This document shows, piece by piece, positions 30,975 through 42,026 of a DNA stretch of 64,000 nucleotides. Source of the stretch: Escherichia coli. Lineage in GTDB: Bacteria > Pseudomonadota > Gammaproteobacteria > Enterobacterales > Enterobacteriaceae. The stretch is from NCBI RefSeq assembly GCF_003019035.1, contig NZ_CP027447.1; one strand, given 5' to 3'. Each line of letters starts with the position of its first letter. Positions within the stretch are counted from its first letter, which is position 1. Below the pieces are notes generated by a model, which saw nothing but the letters and a program-made list of their open reading frames with translations, had not been told where the DNA came from and did not search any database. Both the position numbers and the translations under genes were made by a program.

Positions 30975-31293
30975 TCCTGTTCTGATAAATTACGTAAATC
31001 GCGCTAAATATGTTTGCGAGATTAATTCTCCAGCCGCAATAAAACAAATCGCACGATAATAAGATTCATAATGAAACAGTTAATTCATGGTGTTGTTTCA
31101 AAATGAAAAGGGACCAGTATGGATATTGATATATTGTGATTAAGGCATGAAAAGTGTTTTTTATTATCATCTGCAGATGATGTTTTTTACAGCGCGATCA
31201 TAAAACATAATTTTTCGCGAATGAAATGTTTGCCGCCACTGGATGCAACGAGTAGGTTAACAGTGAAGCAAAACAAGTTACGCGAGGAATGAT

Positions 31294-32376
31294 ATGGATA
31301 AGATTATTATAAGTCCGGCTAAATATATCCAGGGAAATGGTTCTCTGGATAATATTGCTACATATGCGGCGAGTTTGGGAACAGAACCATTAATTATTGC
31401 AGATGAATTTGTGACCGGTCTGGTTGGTGACAGAGTAAGCCAGAGCTTTGCAAGAGAAAACATTATTGCGGATCTTGATGTTTTTTGCGGTGAATGCTCG
31501 CAAAATGAAATTTCTCGAATTCGTGAGAAATTTAATCAGCGTAAATATAATGTCGTTATTGGTATTGGCGGCGGTAAAACGTTGGATACGGCAAAAGCCG
31601 TAGCGTATTACCAAAAAATTCCGGTGGTGGTGGTGCCGACAATTGCTTCCACAGATGCGCCAACCAGTTCTCTGGCAGTAATTTACACCCCGGAAGGCCA
31701 GTTTAGCGAATATCTGTTTTTCCCGAAAAACCCGGATATGGTGATTATGGATACTGGCGTCATTTCAGCCGCGCCAGTGCGTCTGCTGGTGGCCGGTATG
31801 GGAGATGCATTGTCAACCTGGTTTGAGGCGAGAGCCAATCAGGCGTCAGGAAAAGCCACAATGGCAGGTGGGGCGTCGACACTGGCGGCACTGGCTATTG
31901 CCCGACTCTGTTATACCACGCTACTGGAAGATGGCTATAAGGCAAAAGTCGCGGTTGAACAAGGTGTTAGCACCAAAGCGGTAGAGAATATTATCGAAGC
32001 TAATACCTATCTTAGCGGCATTGGATTTGAAAGTAGCGGCCTGGCGGCAGCTCATGCCATTCATAACGGCATGACGCAACTGGAGGAATGCCATCATTGC
32101 TACCACGGTGAAAAAGTGGCATTTGGCGTCCTGGTACAGCTCGTACTGGAAAACGCACCACAGGAGGAAATTGAAACCGTACTCAATTTCTGCCATAGCG
32201 TTGGTCTGCCGACAAATCTTCATATGTTAGGCGTGAAGGAAATTAATAAAGATAAATTACGGGCAGTGGCTGAAGCAGCGACTGCTGAAGGGGAAACTAT
32301 CCATAATATGCCATTCGTAGTAACAGCGCAGGACGTTCTTTGCGCAATTTTAACTGCACATCATTTGGGACTTTAA
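31294..32376 (+). CDS. Glycerol dehydrogenase-like iron-containing alcohol dehydrogenase (GldA paralogue)
   Basis: 360-aa ORF, MDKIIISPAKYIQGNGSL... similar to the GldA N-terminus; divergent from the dhaKLM-like operon. Confidence 0.75.
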   Translation: MDKIIISPAKYIQGNGSLDNIATYAASLGTEPLIIADEFVTGLVGDRVSQSFARENIIADLDVFCGECSQNEISRIREKFNQRKYNVVIGIGGGKTLDTAKAVAYYQKIPVVVVPTIASTDAPTSSLAVIYTPEGQFSEYLFFPKNPDMVIMDTGVISAAPVRLLVAGMGDALSTWFEARANQASGKATMAGGASTLAALAIARLCYTTLLEDGYKAKVAVEQGVSTKAVENIIEANTYLSGIGFESSGLAAAHAIHNGMTQLEECHHCYHGEKVAFGVLVQLVLENAPQEEIETVLNFCHSVGLPTNLHMLGVKEINKDKLRAVAEAATAEGETIHNMPFVVTAQDVLCAILTAHHLGL

Positions 32377-32386
32377 AAAAATAATA

Positions 32387-32409
32387 CGGCCTGTGCAAAG
32401 CAGGCCGTT
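32387..32409 (+). terminator. Possible terminator hairpin after the gldA-like gene
   Basis: acggcctg-tgcaaag-caggccgt hairpin followed by a weak T-rich run. Confidence 0.3.
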
Positions 32410-32443
32410 GGTGTCATTTTAAATACTTCATTCGGGAATAAAT

Positions 32444-33712
32444 ATGACCAGTAACTGGAAACGTTGGATCACGCTGGCGTTATGTGGTATTGCCGGAAGT
32501 GCAATATATAAATTGCCTTATTTACGGGAAACCTATTACGACGCGATGCAGCAGGCTACAGGAGCGACTAATGCTGAACTTGGTTTTCTAATGACAGCCT
32601 ATGGTCTGGTGAACTTTTTATTATATCTACCTGGCGGTTGGGCTGCCGATAGATTTTCTGCACGTAAATTAATGACCTTTTCATTAATTTCCACCGGGAT
32701 AAGTGGTTTTTATTATGCGACCTTCCCCTCGTATACTATGATCTGTTTGTTACATGCACTTTGGGCTGTTACAACCGTATTTACGTTTTGGGCCGTGTGT
32801 GTGCGAATTATTCGTACCCTGGGAACCAGCGAAGAACAAGGTCGCTTATACGGTTACTGGTTTCTGGGTAAGGGATTAACCTCCATTGTACTGGGATTTC
32901 TTTCCGTGCCGGTATTTGCCAAATTTGGCGAAGGTGTTGATGGTTTACGGGCGACAATTATTTTTTATTCCGTAGTGACTATTCTGGCCGGTGTTTTAGC
33001 TTGGTTTGTTTGTCAGGATGAAACGCACAGCGAAGATAAAGCGAATTTCCGTCTGGCAGATATGGCATTCGTGCTGAAAATGCCGACGGTTTGGCTGGCA
33101 GGTGTTGTGACCTTTTGTATGTGGTCAATTTATATCGGCTTTGGCATGGTCACGCCGTATCTCACGCAGATCCTGCATATGGGCGAATCGGAAGTGGCAG
33201 TTGCCAGTATTCTTCGCGCCTATGTGTTATTTGCGATGGGGGGATTAATTGGCGGACAACTGGCCGACCGCTGTGCGTCACGCACGCGTTTTATGATTTA
33301 CGCCTTTATCGGCATGATTGTCTTTACTACCGTTTATTTCTTCCTGCCCGGTGAGTCGCGCTACGTCACTATTGCGCTGGCGAATATGGTTGCGTTGGGC
33401 GTGTTTATTTACTCTGCGAATGCCGTGTTCTTCTCAATTATTGATGAGGTTCGGATCCCGGCAAAAGTCACAGGGACTGCTGCGGGTCTGATCTCTTTAC
33501 TGACTTATTTCCCGGAAATCTACTGCTACACGATGGTGGGCAATATGGTCGACCGCAAACCGGGTATTGCCGGTTATCAGGATGTTTTCCTGTTCATGTT
33601 GGTTTGCGCATTCATCGGCCTTATCGCCGCACTGGTCCTCCAGCGTGTGAATCGTAAAAGTAAAAATCAAGTCAATGAAATCACTGAAAACAATGCGGAT
33701 TGCGCATCCTGA
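32444..33712 (+). CDS. MFS-type transporter
   Basis: 422-aa polytopic hydrophobic ORF. Confidence 0.65.
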   Translation: MTSNWKRWITLALCGIAGSAIYKLPYLRETYYDAMQQATGATNAELGFLMTAYGLVNFLLYLPGGWAADRFSARKLMTFSLISTGISGFYYATFPSYTMICLLHALWAVTTVFTFWAVCVRIIRTLGTSEEQGRLYGYWFLGKGLTSIVLGFLSVPVFAKFGEGVDGLRATIIFYSVVTILAGVLAWFVCQDETHSEDKANFRLADMAFVLKMPTVWLAGVVTFCMWSIYIGFGMVTPYLTQILHMGESEVAVASILRAYVLFAMGGLIGGQLADRCASRTRFMIYAFIGMIVFTTVYFFLPGESRYVTIALANMVALGVFIYSANAVFFSIIDEVRIPAKVTGTAAGLISLLTYFPEIYCYTMVGNMVDRKPGIAGYQDVFLFMLVCAFIGLIAALVLQRVNRKSKNQVNEITENNADCAS

Positions 33713-35094
33713 GTCTGACGGGGGAACCAATGGTGGACATGATTAATGAAAGTGCACGGCAAACGCCAGTCATTGCACAAACGGACGTTCTGGTTATCGG
33801 GGGCGGTCCGGCAGGATTAACGGCGGCGATAGCGGCGGGGCGGCTAGGTGCCAGAACCATGATTGTTGAGCGTTACGGCTCACTAGGCGGCGTATTGACG
33901 CAGGTTGGTGTGGAAAGTTTTGCCTGGTATCGCCATCCGGGGACGGAAGATTGTGAAGGGATTTGTCGTGAATATGAAGGCCGCGCGCGAGCATTGGGCT
34001 TCACGCGACCAGAACCTCAGTCAATTAGCGAAGTTATAGATACTGAAGGATTTAAAGTTGTTGCCGATCAGATGATAACGGAAGCTGGCGTTGAGCCGTT
34101 ATATCACTCCTGGGTTGTGGATGTGATCAAGGAAGGGGATACGTTATGCGGTGTTATTGTCGAGAACAAATCAGGACGAGGGGCAATTCTGGCGAAAAGA
34201 ATCGTCGATTGCACGGGGGATGCTGATATTGCTGCTCGTGCAGGCGCGCCCTGGACGAAACGGGGAAAGGACCAACTGATGGGCGTCACCGTGATGTTCA
34301 GTTGCGCAGGTGTCGATGTGGCGCGCTTTAACCGTTTTGTTGCGGAAGAACTTAAGCCGACCTACGCGGATTGGGGAAAAAACTGGACGATTCAAACCAC
34401 GGGCAAAGAAGACCAGATGTTTAGCCCTTATATGGAGGATATTTTTACCCGGGCGCAGCAGGATGGTGTGATTCCAGGCGACGCCCAGGCGATTGCCGGA
34501 ACCTGGTCAACCTTTTCTGAAAGCGGCGAAGCGTTTCAGATGAATATGGTGTACGCCTTTGGTTTTGACTGTACCGATGTCTTCGATTTAACCAAAGCAG
34601 AAATCGCCGGAAGGCAGCAAGCATTATGGGCAATTGACGCTCTACGCCATTATGTTCCGGGCTTTGAAAATGTACGGTTACGCAATTTTGGCGCCACGCT
34701 GGGTACACGTGAATCACGGCTTATTGAGGGGGAAATACGTATTGCTGATGATTACGTCCTTAATCAGGGGCGTTGTTCGGACAGTGTAGGGATTTTCCCG
34801 GAATTTATTGATGGTTCCGGTTATCTCATTTTGCCAACGACCGGGCGTTTCTTTCAGATCCCCTATGGCTGTCTGGTGCCACAAAAAGTGGAGAACCTTT
34901 TGGTCGCCGGTCGCTGTATTTCCGCAGGCGTAGTTGCACATACTTCTATGCGCAACATGATGTGTTGTGCCGTTACCGGTGAGGCCGCAGGCACTGCCGC
35001 CGTGGTTTCGCTACAGCAACATTGCACCGTGCGTCAGGTTGCTATCCCTGATTTGCAAAACACGCTGCAACAGCAGGGCGCACGTCTGGCATAA
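33700..35094 (+). CDS. FAD-dependent oxidoreductase (paralogue 1)
   Basis: N-terminal dinucleotide-binding motif DVLVIGGGPAGLTAAIAA; about 460 aa; paralogous to 44263..45633. Confidence 0.7.
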   Translation: MRILSLTGEPMVDMINESARQTPVIAQTDVLVIGGGPAGLTAAIAAGRLGARTMIVERYGSLGGVLTQVGVESFAWYRHPGTEDCEGICREYEGRARALGFTRPEPQSISEVIDTEGFKVVADQMITEAGVEPLYHSWVVDVIKEGDTLCGVIVENKSGRGAILAKRIVDCTGDADIAARAGAPWTKRGKDQLMGVTVMFSCAGVDVARFNRFVAEELKPTYADWGKNWTIQTTGKEDQMFSPYMEDIFTRAQQDGVIPGDAQAIAGTWSTFSESGEAFQMNMVYAFGFDCTDVFDLTKAEIAGRQQALWAIDALRHYVPGFENVRLRNFGATLGTRESRLIEGEIRIADDYVLNQGRCSDSVGIFPEFIDGSGYLILPTTGRFFQIPYGCLVPQKVENLLVAGRCISAGVVAHTSMRNMMCCAVTGEAAGTAAVVSLQQHCTVRQVAIPDLQNTLQQQGARLA

Positions 35095-35146
35095 CAACAA
35101 GGCGCAGAGAGCTGAAAACCTGTCTGCGCCTTGCAGGAGAAAGACC

Positions 35147-35371
35147 ATGAGGGATGATGACCTTGAGCACTTAAGTGCCAATTACTGGATAACCACAGTT
35201 CTCTGCGGCCTCTTTTTGGGGATATTCCTGTTCATGCTGCAACAGCATCAGTGTGGTTTAGCTCTGTATTGTATTGCGGTACTTTCACTTATTTGCGCCT
35301 TTTTTTCTTTACGCCTTTCCCGACAATTGCAACACATGAAAAAGGAACGGCGAAATATTCGTCCTCATTGA
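35147..35371 (+). CDS. Small putative membrane protein
   Basis: 74 codons from an ATG preceded by aggaga; one or two hydrophobic helices. Weak support. Confidence 0.3.
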   Translation: MRDDDLEHLSANYWITTVLCGLFLGIFLFMLQQHQCGLALYCIAVLSLICAFFSLRLSRQLQHMKKERRNIRPH

Positions 35372-35394
35372 ATGAAAACATTCAGGAGACTGAA

Positions 35395-36936
35395 ATGCAA
35401 TATTTAAAAAAACGCTTTTCTTTGATTGAACTGAATGTGTTTATCCCAGCAATATTATTTATTGCGGTAATCATTCTGTGTTTGACGATATATCCACAAG
35501 ATACCAGCCGGTATATAAATAAAATACATCATTTTTTAACCTGGGAAATGGGCGGGATTTTTCTGGTCATGACTTTTCTGGTTGTACTTTGTTGTCTGTG
35601 GCTGGCCTTCTCACGTTATGGCGATATCTTGTTAGGTCAGTCGGGAGAAAAGCCTGACTTCAGCTTGTTAACCTGGCTTGGACTTATTTTTACTTCTGGA
35701 ACGGGGGGCAGCTTGTTATATCTGGCCTCTGTAGAGTGGATTTGGATCATTCAGCAACCGCCTTTTGGCGCGGCAGCAGGAAGCGCTCAGGCTGCTCGTT
35801 GGGCCTCTGCTTATGGCATGTTCCATTGGGGGCCGTCCGCATGGGCATGGTATCTGATTTGTGCCGTTCCCATTGGTTGGTTTATGCATGTTAAGAAAAC
35901 GAACTCATTAAAGGTCAGTGATTTATGCCGTGGGTGTCTGGGGGCACGTGCTGATGGTTTTTGCGGGCATTGTGTGAATTTTTTCTACATGTTTGGTTTG
36001 CTCGGCGGCGCGGTAACGTCTCTGGCGCTGGGAACGCCGATGATTTCTGCCGTATTTTGCCATGTGTTCCATCTGGATCCTGCCGGGCAGTTTATCAATG
36101 TCATGGTTATTTTTATCTGGACGCTAGTGCCATTATTAATTCTCTTTTTTGGACTTAAAAAAGGTGTGGCATGGGCCAGTAACTGGAATATTCGTGCCGA
36201 TATTTTTATGCTACTGGCAATACTGATTTGTGGACCGACAGCTTTTATACTTAACCAATCAATTGATGGTTTCGGCCTGATGCTGCAAAATTTTGTAGCG
36301 ATGAGTTTAAGTACCGATGCTATTGGTCGTAGCGGATTTCCACAGATGTGGACCGTATTTTATTTTTCATGGTGGGTCGTGTATGCCATCCCATTCGGTT
36401 TATTTATCGCCCGTATTTCAAAAGGAAGGACGATCCGGCAATTGATTGTATGTGGAACTCTGGCAGGTTCATTGGGATGCATGGTTTTTTACATGGTACT
36501 GGCTAATTTCGGCTTATCGTTGCAGACAACTCATGTCATCGATTTTGTTCCCATACTTAACGAACAAGGGCGAGGCGTTGTCGTTTCTCGTTTACTGGAG
36601 CAGCTACCCGCAAGTCAGGTGTTTTTGGTTGCTTTTGGGGCTATAGCATTAATTTCATATATTACCGGACACTGTACTGTGGGTTATGCCCTCGGTTTTG
36701 CGACGCAAAAACGGGCAGATAGTGAGAGTGAACCGGCATTCTGGAACGTGGCATTTTGGTTGATTATGACCGGAATCGTCGCCATCACACTCTATCTTCT
36801 TGATGCGCAAAGTCTGCAACCGCTACAAACGGTCTCTATACTGGCCGGACTACCGCTTTGCGGCGTAGTGTTTATTTTATTGAAGAGTTTTTTGACACAG
36901 TTTGCGGCTGAAGAGAAAACCGCGAGAGATGAATAA
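35395..36936 (+). CDS. BCCT-family transporter
   Basis: ORF track 35251..36936, trimmed to the Met at 35395 (aggaga SD upstream). BCCT-like signature ...FYFSWWVVYAIPFGLFIARISKGRTIRQL... Confidence 0.7.
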   Translation: MQYLKKRFSLIELNVFIPAILFIAVIILCLTIYPQDTSRYINKIHHFLTWEMGGIFLVMTFLVVLCCLWLAFSRYGDILLGQSGEKPDFSLLTWLGLIFTSGTGGSLLYLASVEWIWIIQQPPFGAAAGSAQAARWASAYGMFHWGPSAWAWYLICAVPIGWFMHVKKTNSLKVSDLCRGCLGARADGFCGHCVNFFYMFGLLGGAVTSLALGTPMISAVFCHVFHLDPAGQFINVMVIFIWTLVPLLILFFGLKKGVAWASNWNIRADIFMLLAILICGPTAFILNQSIDGFGLMLQNFVAMSLSTDAIGRSGFPQMWTVFYFSWWVVYAIPFGLFIARISKGRTIRQLIVCGTLAGSLGCMVFYMVLANFGLSLQTTHVIDFVPILNEQGRGVVVSRLLEQLPASQVFLVAFGAIALISYITGHCTVGYALGFATQKRADSESEPAFWNVAFWLIMTGIVAITLYLLDAQSLQPLQTVSILAGLPLCGVVFILLKSFLTQFAAEEKTARDE

Positions 36937-36991
36937 TGATGTTCAGGAATGCCCGGTAATTTGCATTATCGGGCATTTTACCGAACGGGAA

Positions 36992-38134
36992 TTAACTCAG
37001 GACTGCATGAAAATACCCTGCCAAATTTTCTCCGAGACGAATTAAATTATTTTCCCCCTGACTCAGCGCGGTGGGTAAATCACAAGGACCATTGACGACG
37101 GAAAAACAGGCTTCGATTCCACACTGGCGTAACTCATTCAAATCAAGTTGATCATCGATATACCCGGCAATTGCGATAACCGGAACGCCCATCATCTGGG
37201 CGATTTTGGCCGCCCCCACAGGTGCTTTGCCATTCAGGCTTTGACGGTCTAATTTACCTTCACCGACAATCGCCAATGCTGCATATTTTAAATGTTGGGT
37301 ATATTGAATCGCTTCCAGCACGAGCGAAATACCCGGTTGTAAGCGAGCATCGAGAAAAGCCATCAAGGCCGCGCCAACGCCGCCAGCCGCCCCAGAACCG
37401 GGTATCGTATCGACTTCTTTACCACAACAACGGTAGATGCAACGGGCATAGTTTTTCATTCCCTGTTCCAGTTGCTCAAGGTTGTCAGCACTGGCCCCTT
37501 TTTGTTGAGCAAAAACCCGAGTCGCGCCGTTATCGCCGGTTAGTGGGTTGGTGACATCACAGGCTGCAATAAATTTCACATTTTTCAATCGTGGATCGAG
37601 GTGCTGTAAGTCAATGTGGTGAATTGCCGCCAGCCCCATCCCATTAACGGAGACTGATTGCCCTTCGGCGTCTGTAAACGATGCGCCAAGTGCCGACATC
37701 AACCCAATACCGCCATCATTTGTAGCACTGCCACCCAGGCATAGAATAACGGTATCAATATTGTGTTCCAGGGCGGCGAGAATAAGTTCGCCAGTGCCAA
37801 ACGACGTCGTATAAAGGGGAGAACGCTGGACAGGAGAAACCAGTTCCAGCCCTGAAGCTTGTGCCAGTTCTATCACTGCGGTGGTTTGGTTGCCTAAAAT
37901 ACCGTATTGCGCATGTATTGATTCTCCAAGCGGTCCGGTGACTTTTTTAGTGTAAAACGTACCGTCAGTCGCATGAATGAGTGTTTCGAGCGTGCCTTCG
38001 CCGCCGTCAGCCACGGGCAAACACACCAGTTGGCTGCCAGGCAGGACCTTGCGCCAGCCGGTTGCCAGCGCTTCGGCGACTTTCCATGCGGGAAGGCATT
38101 CTTTAAAGGAGTCGGGGGAGATAACTATCTTCAT
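36992..38134 (-). CDS. Glycerate kinase (GlxK/GarK family)
   Basis: 380-aa ORF, MKIVISPDSFKECL... typical glycerate kinase N-terminus. Confidence 0.8.
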   Translation of the reverse strand: MKIVISPDSFKECLPAWKVAEALATGWRKVLPGSQLVCLPVADGGEGTLETLIHATDGTFYTKKVTGPLGESIHAQYGILGNQTTAVIELAQASGLELVSPVQRSPLYTTSFGTGELILAALEHNIDTVILCLGGSATNDGGIGLMSALGASFTDAEGQSVSVNGMGLAAIHHIDLQHLDPRLKNVKFIAACDVTNPLTGDNGATRVFAQQKGASADNLEQLEQGMKNYARCIYRCCGKEVDTIPGSGAAGGVGAALMAFLDARLQPGISLVLEAIQYTQHLKYAALAIVGEGKLDRQSLNGKAPVGAAKIAQMMGVPVIAIAGYIDDQLDLNELRQCGIEACFSVVNGPCDLPTALSQGENNLIRLGENLAGYFHAVLS

Positions 38135-38208
38135 AGCAGGTCTCTCAAAATAGGGGAATGGGGCAGGGCAACGAGTGAACGAAGGGAACCGGTGGTTCCC
38201 TTAATTCA

Positions 38209-39096
38209 TTATTTACGGATAGTGAAATTGGCTTGTGTTTCAAGCGCCCGAATTAGCGCAGAATGATCCCACTCTTTACCACCAAGCGCGGCGCAGGCGC
38301 TAAATAATTGTTGCGTCATAGCCGTGTTAGGAAGCGGGGTATTCAACAGGCGAGCATTCTCCAGTGCCAGATTCAGATCTTTTTGATGCAGGCTAATTCG
38401 AAAACCAGGGGCGAATGTCCCTTTGATCATCCGTTCGCCATGAACTTCCAATACACGAGAGGAAGCAAAACCCCCCATCAGAGCTTCACGTACGCGGGCG
38501 GGATCGGCACCTGATTTACTGGCAAAAAGCAGGGCTTCAGCCACCGCTTCAATATTCAGTGCAACAATAATTTGGTTAGCGACTTTGCACGTTTGACCAT
38601 CACCGATGTTACCGACCAGAGTGATATTTTTACCCATCAATTCCAGAATCGGTTTGATCTGTAAATAAACCTCTTCACATCCGCCAACCATAATGGAAAG
38701 CGTCCCGGCTTTCGCGCCAACTTCACCGCCAGAGACGGGCGCATCGATATATTCCGCGCCTCCCGCGATAATACGTTGTGCAAATGCTTTGGTGGCAACC
38801 GGGGAAATTGAACTCATATCAATGACAATTTTCCCGTGGCTTAAACCGTGTATTACGCCATAGTTGGGATGAAAAAGAACATCCTCAACATGTGGGGTAT
38901 CAGGGAGCATGGTGATGATGACCTCACACTCCTGCGCGACTTCACGCGGTGTAGAGCAAACAATGCCACGTTCACCAATAAGCTCTTGCGGTGCAGGTTC
39001 AAAATGCGCTGAAAAATAAAGAGTATGTCCGGCTTGTTGTAAATTATAAGCCATCGGCTTACCCATTATGCCGGTGCCGATAAATCCAATATTCAT
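38209..39096 (-). CDS. Tartronate semialdehyde reductase-like (GlxR/GarR family)
   Basis: 295-aa ORF, MNIGFIGTGIMGKPMAYNL... NAD-binding motif. Confidence 0.75.
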   Translation of the reverse strand: MNIGFIGTGIMGKPMAYNLQQAGHTLYFSAHFEPAPQELIGERGIVCSTPREVAQECEVIITMLPDTPHVEDVLFHPNYGVIHGLSHGKIVIDMSSISPVATKAFAQRIIAGGAEYIDAPVSGGEVGAKAGTLSIMVGGCEEVYLQIKPILELMGKNITLVGNIGDGQTCKVANQIIVALNIEAVAEALLFASKSGADPARVREALMGGFASSRVLEVHGERMIKGTFAPGFRISLHQKDLNLALENARLLNTPLPNTAMTQQLFSACAALGGKEWDHSALIRALETQANFTIRK

Positions 39097-39113
39097 GATA
39101 AATACCTCAGGGA

Positions 39114-39896
39114 TTAAAATTGAGTCTCGTTTTTTAGCCAGCGTAGACTTTCAGTCGTTGTCGTAGATGGAATATATTCGCAACCAATCCATCCCTGATA
39201 ACCAATCTGGTCTATATAATTTAACAACCACGGGTAATTAATTTCTCCCGTCCCTGGTTCATGACGCCCAGGGTTATCGGCTAATTGAATATGTCCAATG
39301 TTATTCAGGTTGTTTTTGATTGTTGTAGCAATATTCCCTTCCATGATTTGCATATGATAAATATCGTATTGGTAGCGCAAATCAGGATGTTTTACATCAT
39401 GAATAATATTGAGAGCTTGTCTGGTATTGTTAACAAAAAAACCGGGAATATCTTTTGTATTAATGGCTTCCAGAACTAACTTTATCCCATGAGAAGCCAA
39501 TTTATCTACCGCATAGCGCAAATTTTCGACCAGTGTTTCATGACATTGTTCATGCGAATAACCACCTGGATGTTTTCCTGCAAGGCAATTAACTTGTGAA
39601 CAATTAAGGGCCAATGCATACTCTATTGCCCTGGAAACGCCCTCCTGAAATTCTTTTGCCCGACCAGGATGACATGCAATACCCCGTTCACCCTCTTGCC
39701 AGTTACCCGCAGGAAGATTAAACAGAACCTGCGTCAGATTATGTTGATGCAGTTGCGAAACTAACTCATCTGCAGAAAAGTCATAGGGGAAAAGATACTC
39801 AACGCCGTGGAATCCTGCGTGACTTGCCTGTGCAAAACGTTCAATAAATGGATACTCGGTAAAGAGCATAGATAAATTTGCTGCAAACTTTGCCAT
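39114..39896 (-). CDS. Hydroxypyruvate isomerase-like (Hyi family)
   Basis: 260-aa ORF; TIM-barrel isomerase-like; positioned between the gcl-like and glxR-like genes as in the K-12 gcl operon. Confidence 0.7.
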   Translation of the reverse strand: MAKFAANLSMLFTEYPFIERFAQASHAGFHGVEYLFPYDFSADELVSQLHQHNLTQVLFNLPAGNWQEGERGIACHPGRAKEFQEGVSRAIEYALALNCSQVNCLAGKHPGGYSHEQCHETLVENLRYAVDKLASHGIKLVLEAINTKDIPGFFVNNTRQALNIIHDVKHPDLRYQYDIYHMQIMEGNIATTIKNNLNNIGHIQLADNPGRHEPGTGEINYPWLLNYIDQIGYQGWIGCEYIPSTTTTESLRWLKNETQF

Positions 39897-39908
39897 AATC
39901 CTGTTTCC

Positions 39909-41648
39909 TTATAAATCGAGAATTTCTTCAAATTCTGTGACTTTATTAATGTCAGGTCCCATAGCGATATTAGTCACGCGTTCAGTAATAATTTCCACAA
40001 CAACAGGTACGTGAAATTCGTCACGCAAACGCTGGGCTTCTTGCAGTGCAGGCGCAATATCCTGTGATGCGAATACGCGAATCGCTTTACATCCTAATCC
40101 TTCAACCACAGCTTTATGATCAACGCCATAACCATTAATTTCTGGAGCATTAATATTTTCAAATGACAGTTGAACGCAATAATCAATATCAAATGCACGT
40201 TGTGATTGACGAATCAAACCAAGATAAGCGTTGTTAAGTAAAATATGGATATACGGAAGATTAAATTGTGCGCCGACGGCTAATTCTTCAATCAAGAATT
40301 GAAAATCGTAATCACCGGATATTGCCACAACGGGAACAGATGGATCAGCTTTTACCGCGCCCAGTGCTGCGGGCATTGTCCAGCCTAGCGGCCCAGCCTG
40401 ACAGGCATTAATCCAGTGGCGTGGGCGGTAAACATGTAAAAATTGGTTTGCGGCGATTTGCGCCAGACCAATTGTCGAAATATAGCGTGTCTCCGGTCCG
40501 AAAACCTTATTCATTTCGTGATACACGCGCTGCGGTTTAATTGGATTGCAGTCAAAGTCTGAACGACGAAGCATTGTGCGTTTACGCTCGGCACATTCGG
40601 CAATCCAGCGACTGCGGTCTTTCAGTTCTCCACGTGACTTCATATCACGGGCGACCTGAATAAATAGCGTTAAGGCGCTTTCAGCATCAGAAACAATGCC
40701 CAGATCCGGCGCAAATATCCGGCCAATTTGTGCAGGTTCGATATCAACATGAATGAATTTGCGGCCTTCGGTGTAGGTCTCAATGGCTCCGGTATGACGG
40801 TTTGCCCAACGGTTACCGATACCAAAAACAAAATCGGAGGCCAGATAACTGGCGTTACCATAGCGATGACCCGCCTGACATCCCATGCGACCAATCATTA
40901 GGGGATGATCATCTGATAATGCGCCCCAACCGCGTAAGGTTTGAATGACGGGAACGCCAGTTAACTCGACAAACTCACGCAACAATTCACTCGCTTCGGC
41001 GTTAATAATGCCACCGCCAGCGATGATGACGGGCTTTTCGGCGCCATTTAGCATTTCTAATGCGCGTACGGCCTGGGCCCGTGTTGCCTGAGGTTGCCAG
41101 GGGGTTAGTGGCTGATAGAGATCGATATCAAACTCAATTTCGGTCATCTGAACATCAAAAGGGAGATCTAAAAGAACCGGGCCAGGGCGGCCTGAACGCA
41201 TTTCCCAGAAGGCTTTCTGGAATATCCCCGGCAACTGACCCGCTTCGAGAATTGTGCGAGCCATTTTGGTTACTGGCGTGGCGATAGCCTCAATATCGAC
41301 GGCCTGGAAATCTTCTTTATGAAGTTTTCCTACGGGAGCTTGACCAGTAATGCAGAGAATAGGAATGGAATCCGCGGAGGCGGAATAAAGCCCCGTAATC
41401 ATATCAGTGCCCGCAGGGCCTGATGTGCCAATACACACGCCAATATTGCCATTCTGACTGCGGGTGTAACCTTCAGCCATATGCGAGGCGCCCTCAACAT
41501 GACGGGCCAGAATATGATCAATACCGCCTGATTTTTTCATCGCGGCATAGAGTGGGTTGATTGCTGCGCCGGGTACACCAAAAGCAACGCTAATGCCTTC
41601 TTTTTTCAGTATTTCTACTGCAGCTTCGATTGCACGCATCCTCGCCAT
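39909..41648 (-). CDS. Glyoxylate carboligase-like ThDP enzyme (Gcl paralogue)
   Basis: 579-aa ORF; N-terminus [64 protein letters not shown] parallels E. coli Gcl, including Val51 where other ThDP enzymes have the catalytic Glu. Confidence 0.75.
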   Translation of the reverse strand: MARMRAIEAAVEILKKEGISVAFGVPGAAINPLYAAMKKSGGIDHILARHVEGASHMAEGYTRSQNGNIGVCIGTSGPAGTDMITGLYSASADSIPILCITGQAPVGKLHKEDFQAVDIEAIATPVTKMARTILEAGQLPGIFQKAFWEMRSGRPGPVLLDLPFDVQMTEIEFDIDLYQPLTPWQPQATRAQAVRALEMLNGAEKPVIIAGGGIINAEASELLREFVELTGVPVIQTLRGWGALSDDHPLMIGRMGCQAGHRYGNASYLASDFVFGIGNRWANRHTGAIETYTEGRKFIHVDIEPAQIGRIFAPDLGIVSDAESALTLFIQVARDMKSRGELKDRSRWIAECAERKRTMLRRSDFDCNPIKPQRVYHEMNKVFGPETRYISTIGLAQIAANQFLHVYRPRHWINACQAGPLGWTMPAALGAVKADPSVPVVAISGDYDFQFLIEELAVGAQFNLPYIHILLNNAYLGLIRQSQRAFDIDYCVQLSFENINAPEINGYGVDHKAVVEGLGCKAIRVFASQDIAPALQEAQRLRDEFHVPVVVEIITERVTNIAMGPDINKVTEFEEILDL

Positions 41649-42026
41649 ACATTATTTCTCCTGATATTTACGCTGAGTTGAATAGTCAGTCAATTTTGGA
41701 ATTTAACGACGAAATATCTTTGAGGAAATAAAAGGGCAGAACAAATTTCGCTGCACTGTTTCACAGTGAAACAACTCGTATGCCTGTGTTGTTTCAGTTT
41801 GAATAATGATAAATATCAAACGCAAAGATTTCAGATGTTGTTGGCAGTTTTAAAATTTATCTAATGTATTATTCGTTTTTTATTGCTTTAACGGTTATTC
41901 TTTCTAATGTATGTATGGTTACATTGTTGATAAGGTCTGTTTTTGTAATGATCCAGACTAGATATTATTGCGTTTGATCAAGCTTACTGGCATAGCATTC
42001 TGATACAAGTTCTGAAAATGACTTGA

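Noticed and set aside
34967-35146. 5' extension of the small ORF overlapping the end of the FAD-oxidoreductase gene
   Set aside because: The extension overlaps the upstream gene in another frame. The ATG at 35147 with an upstream AGGAGA is the more plausible start, and even that small ORF is low confidence.
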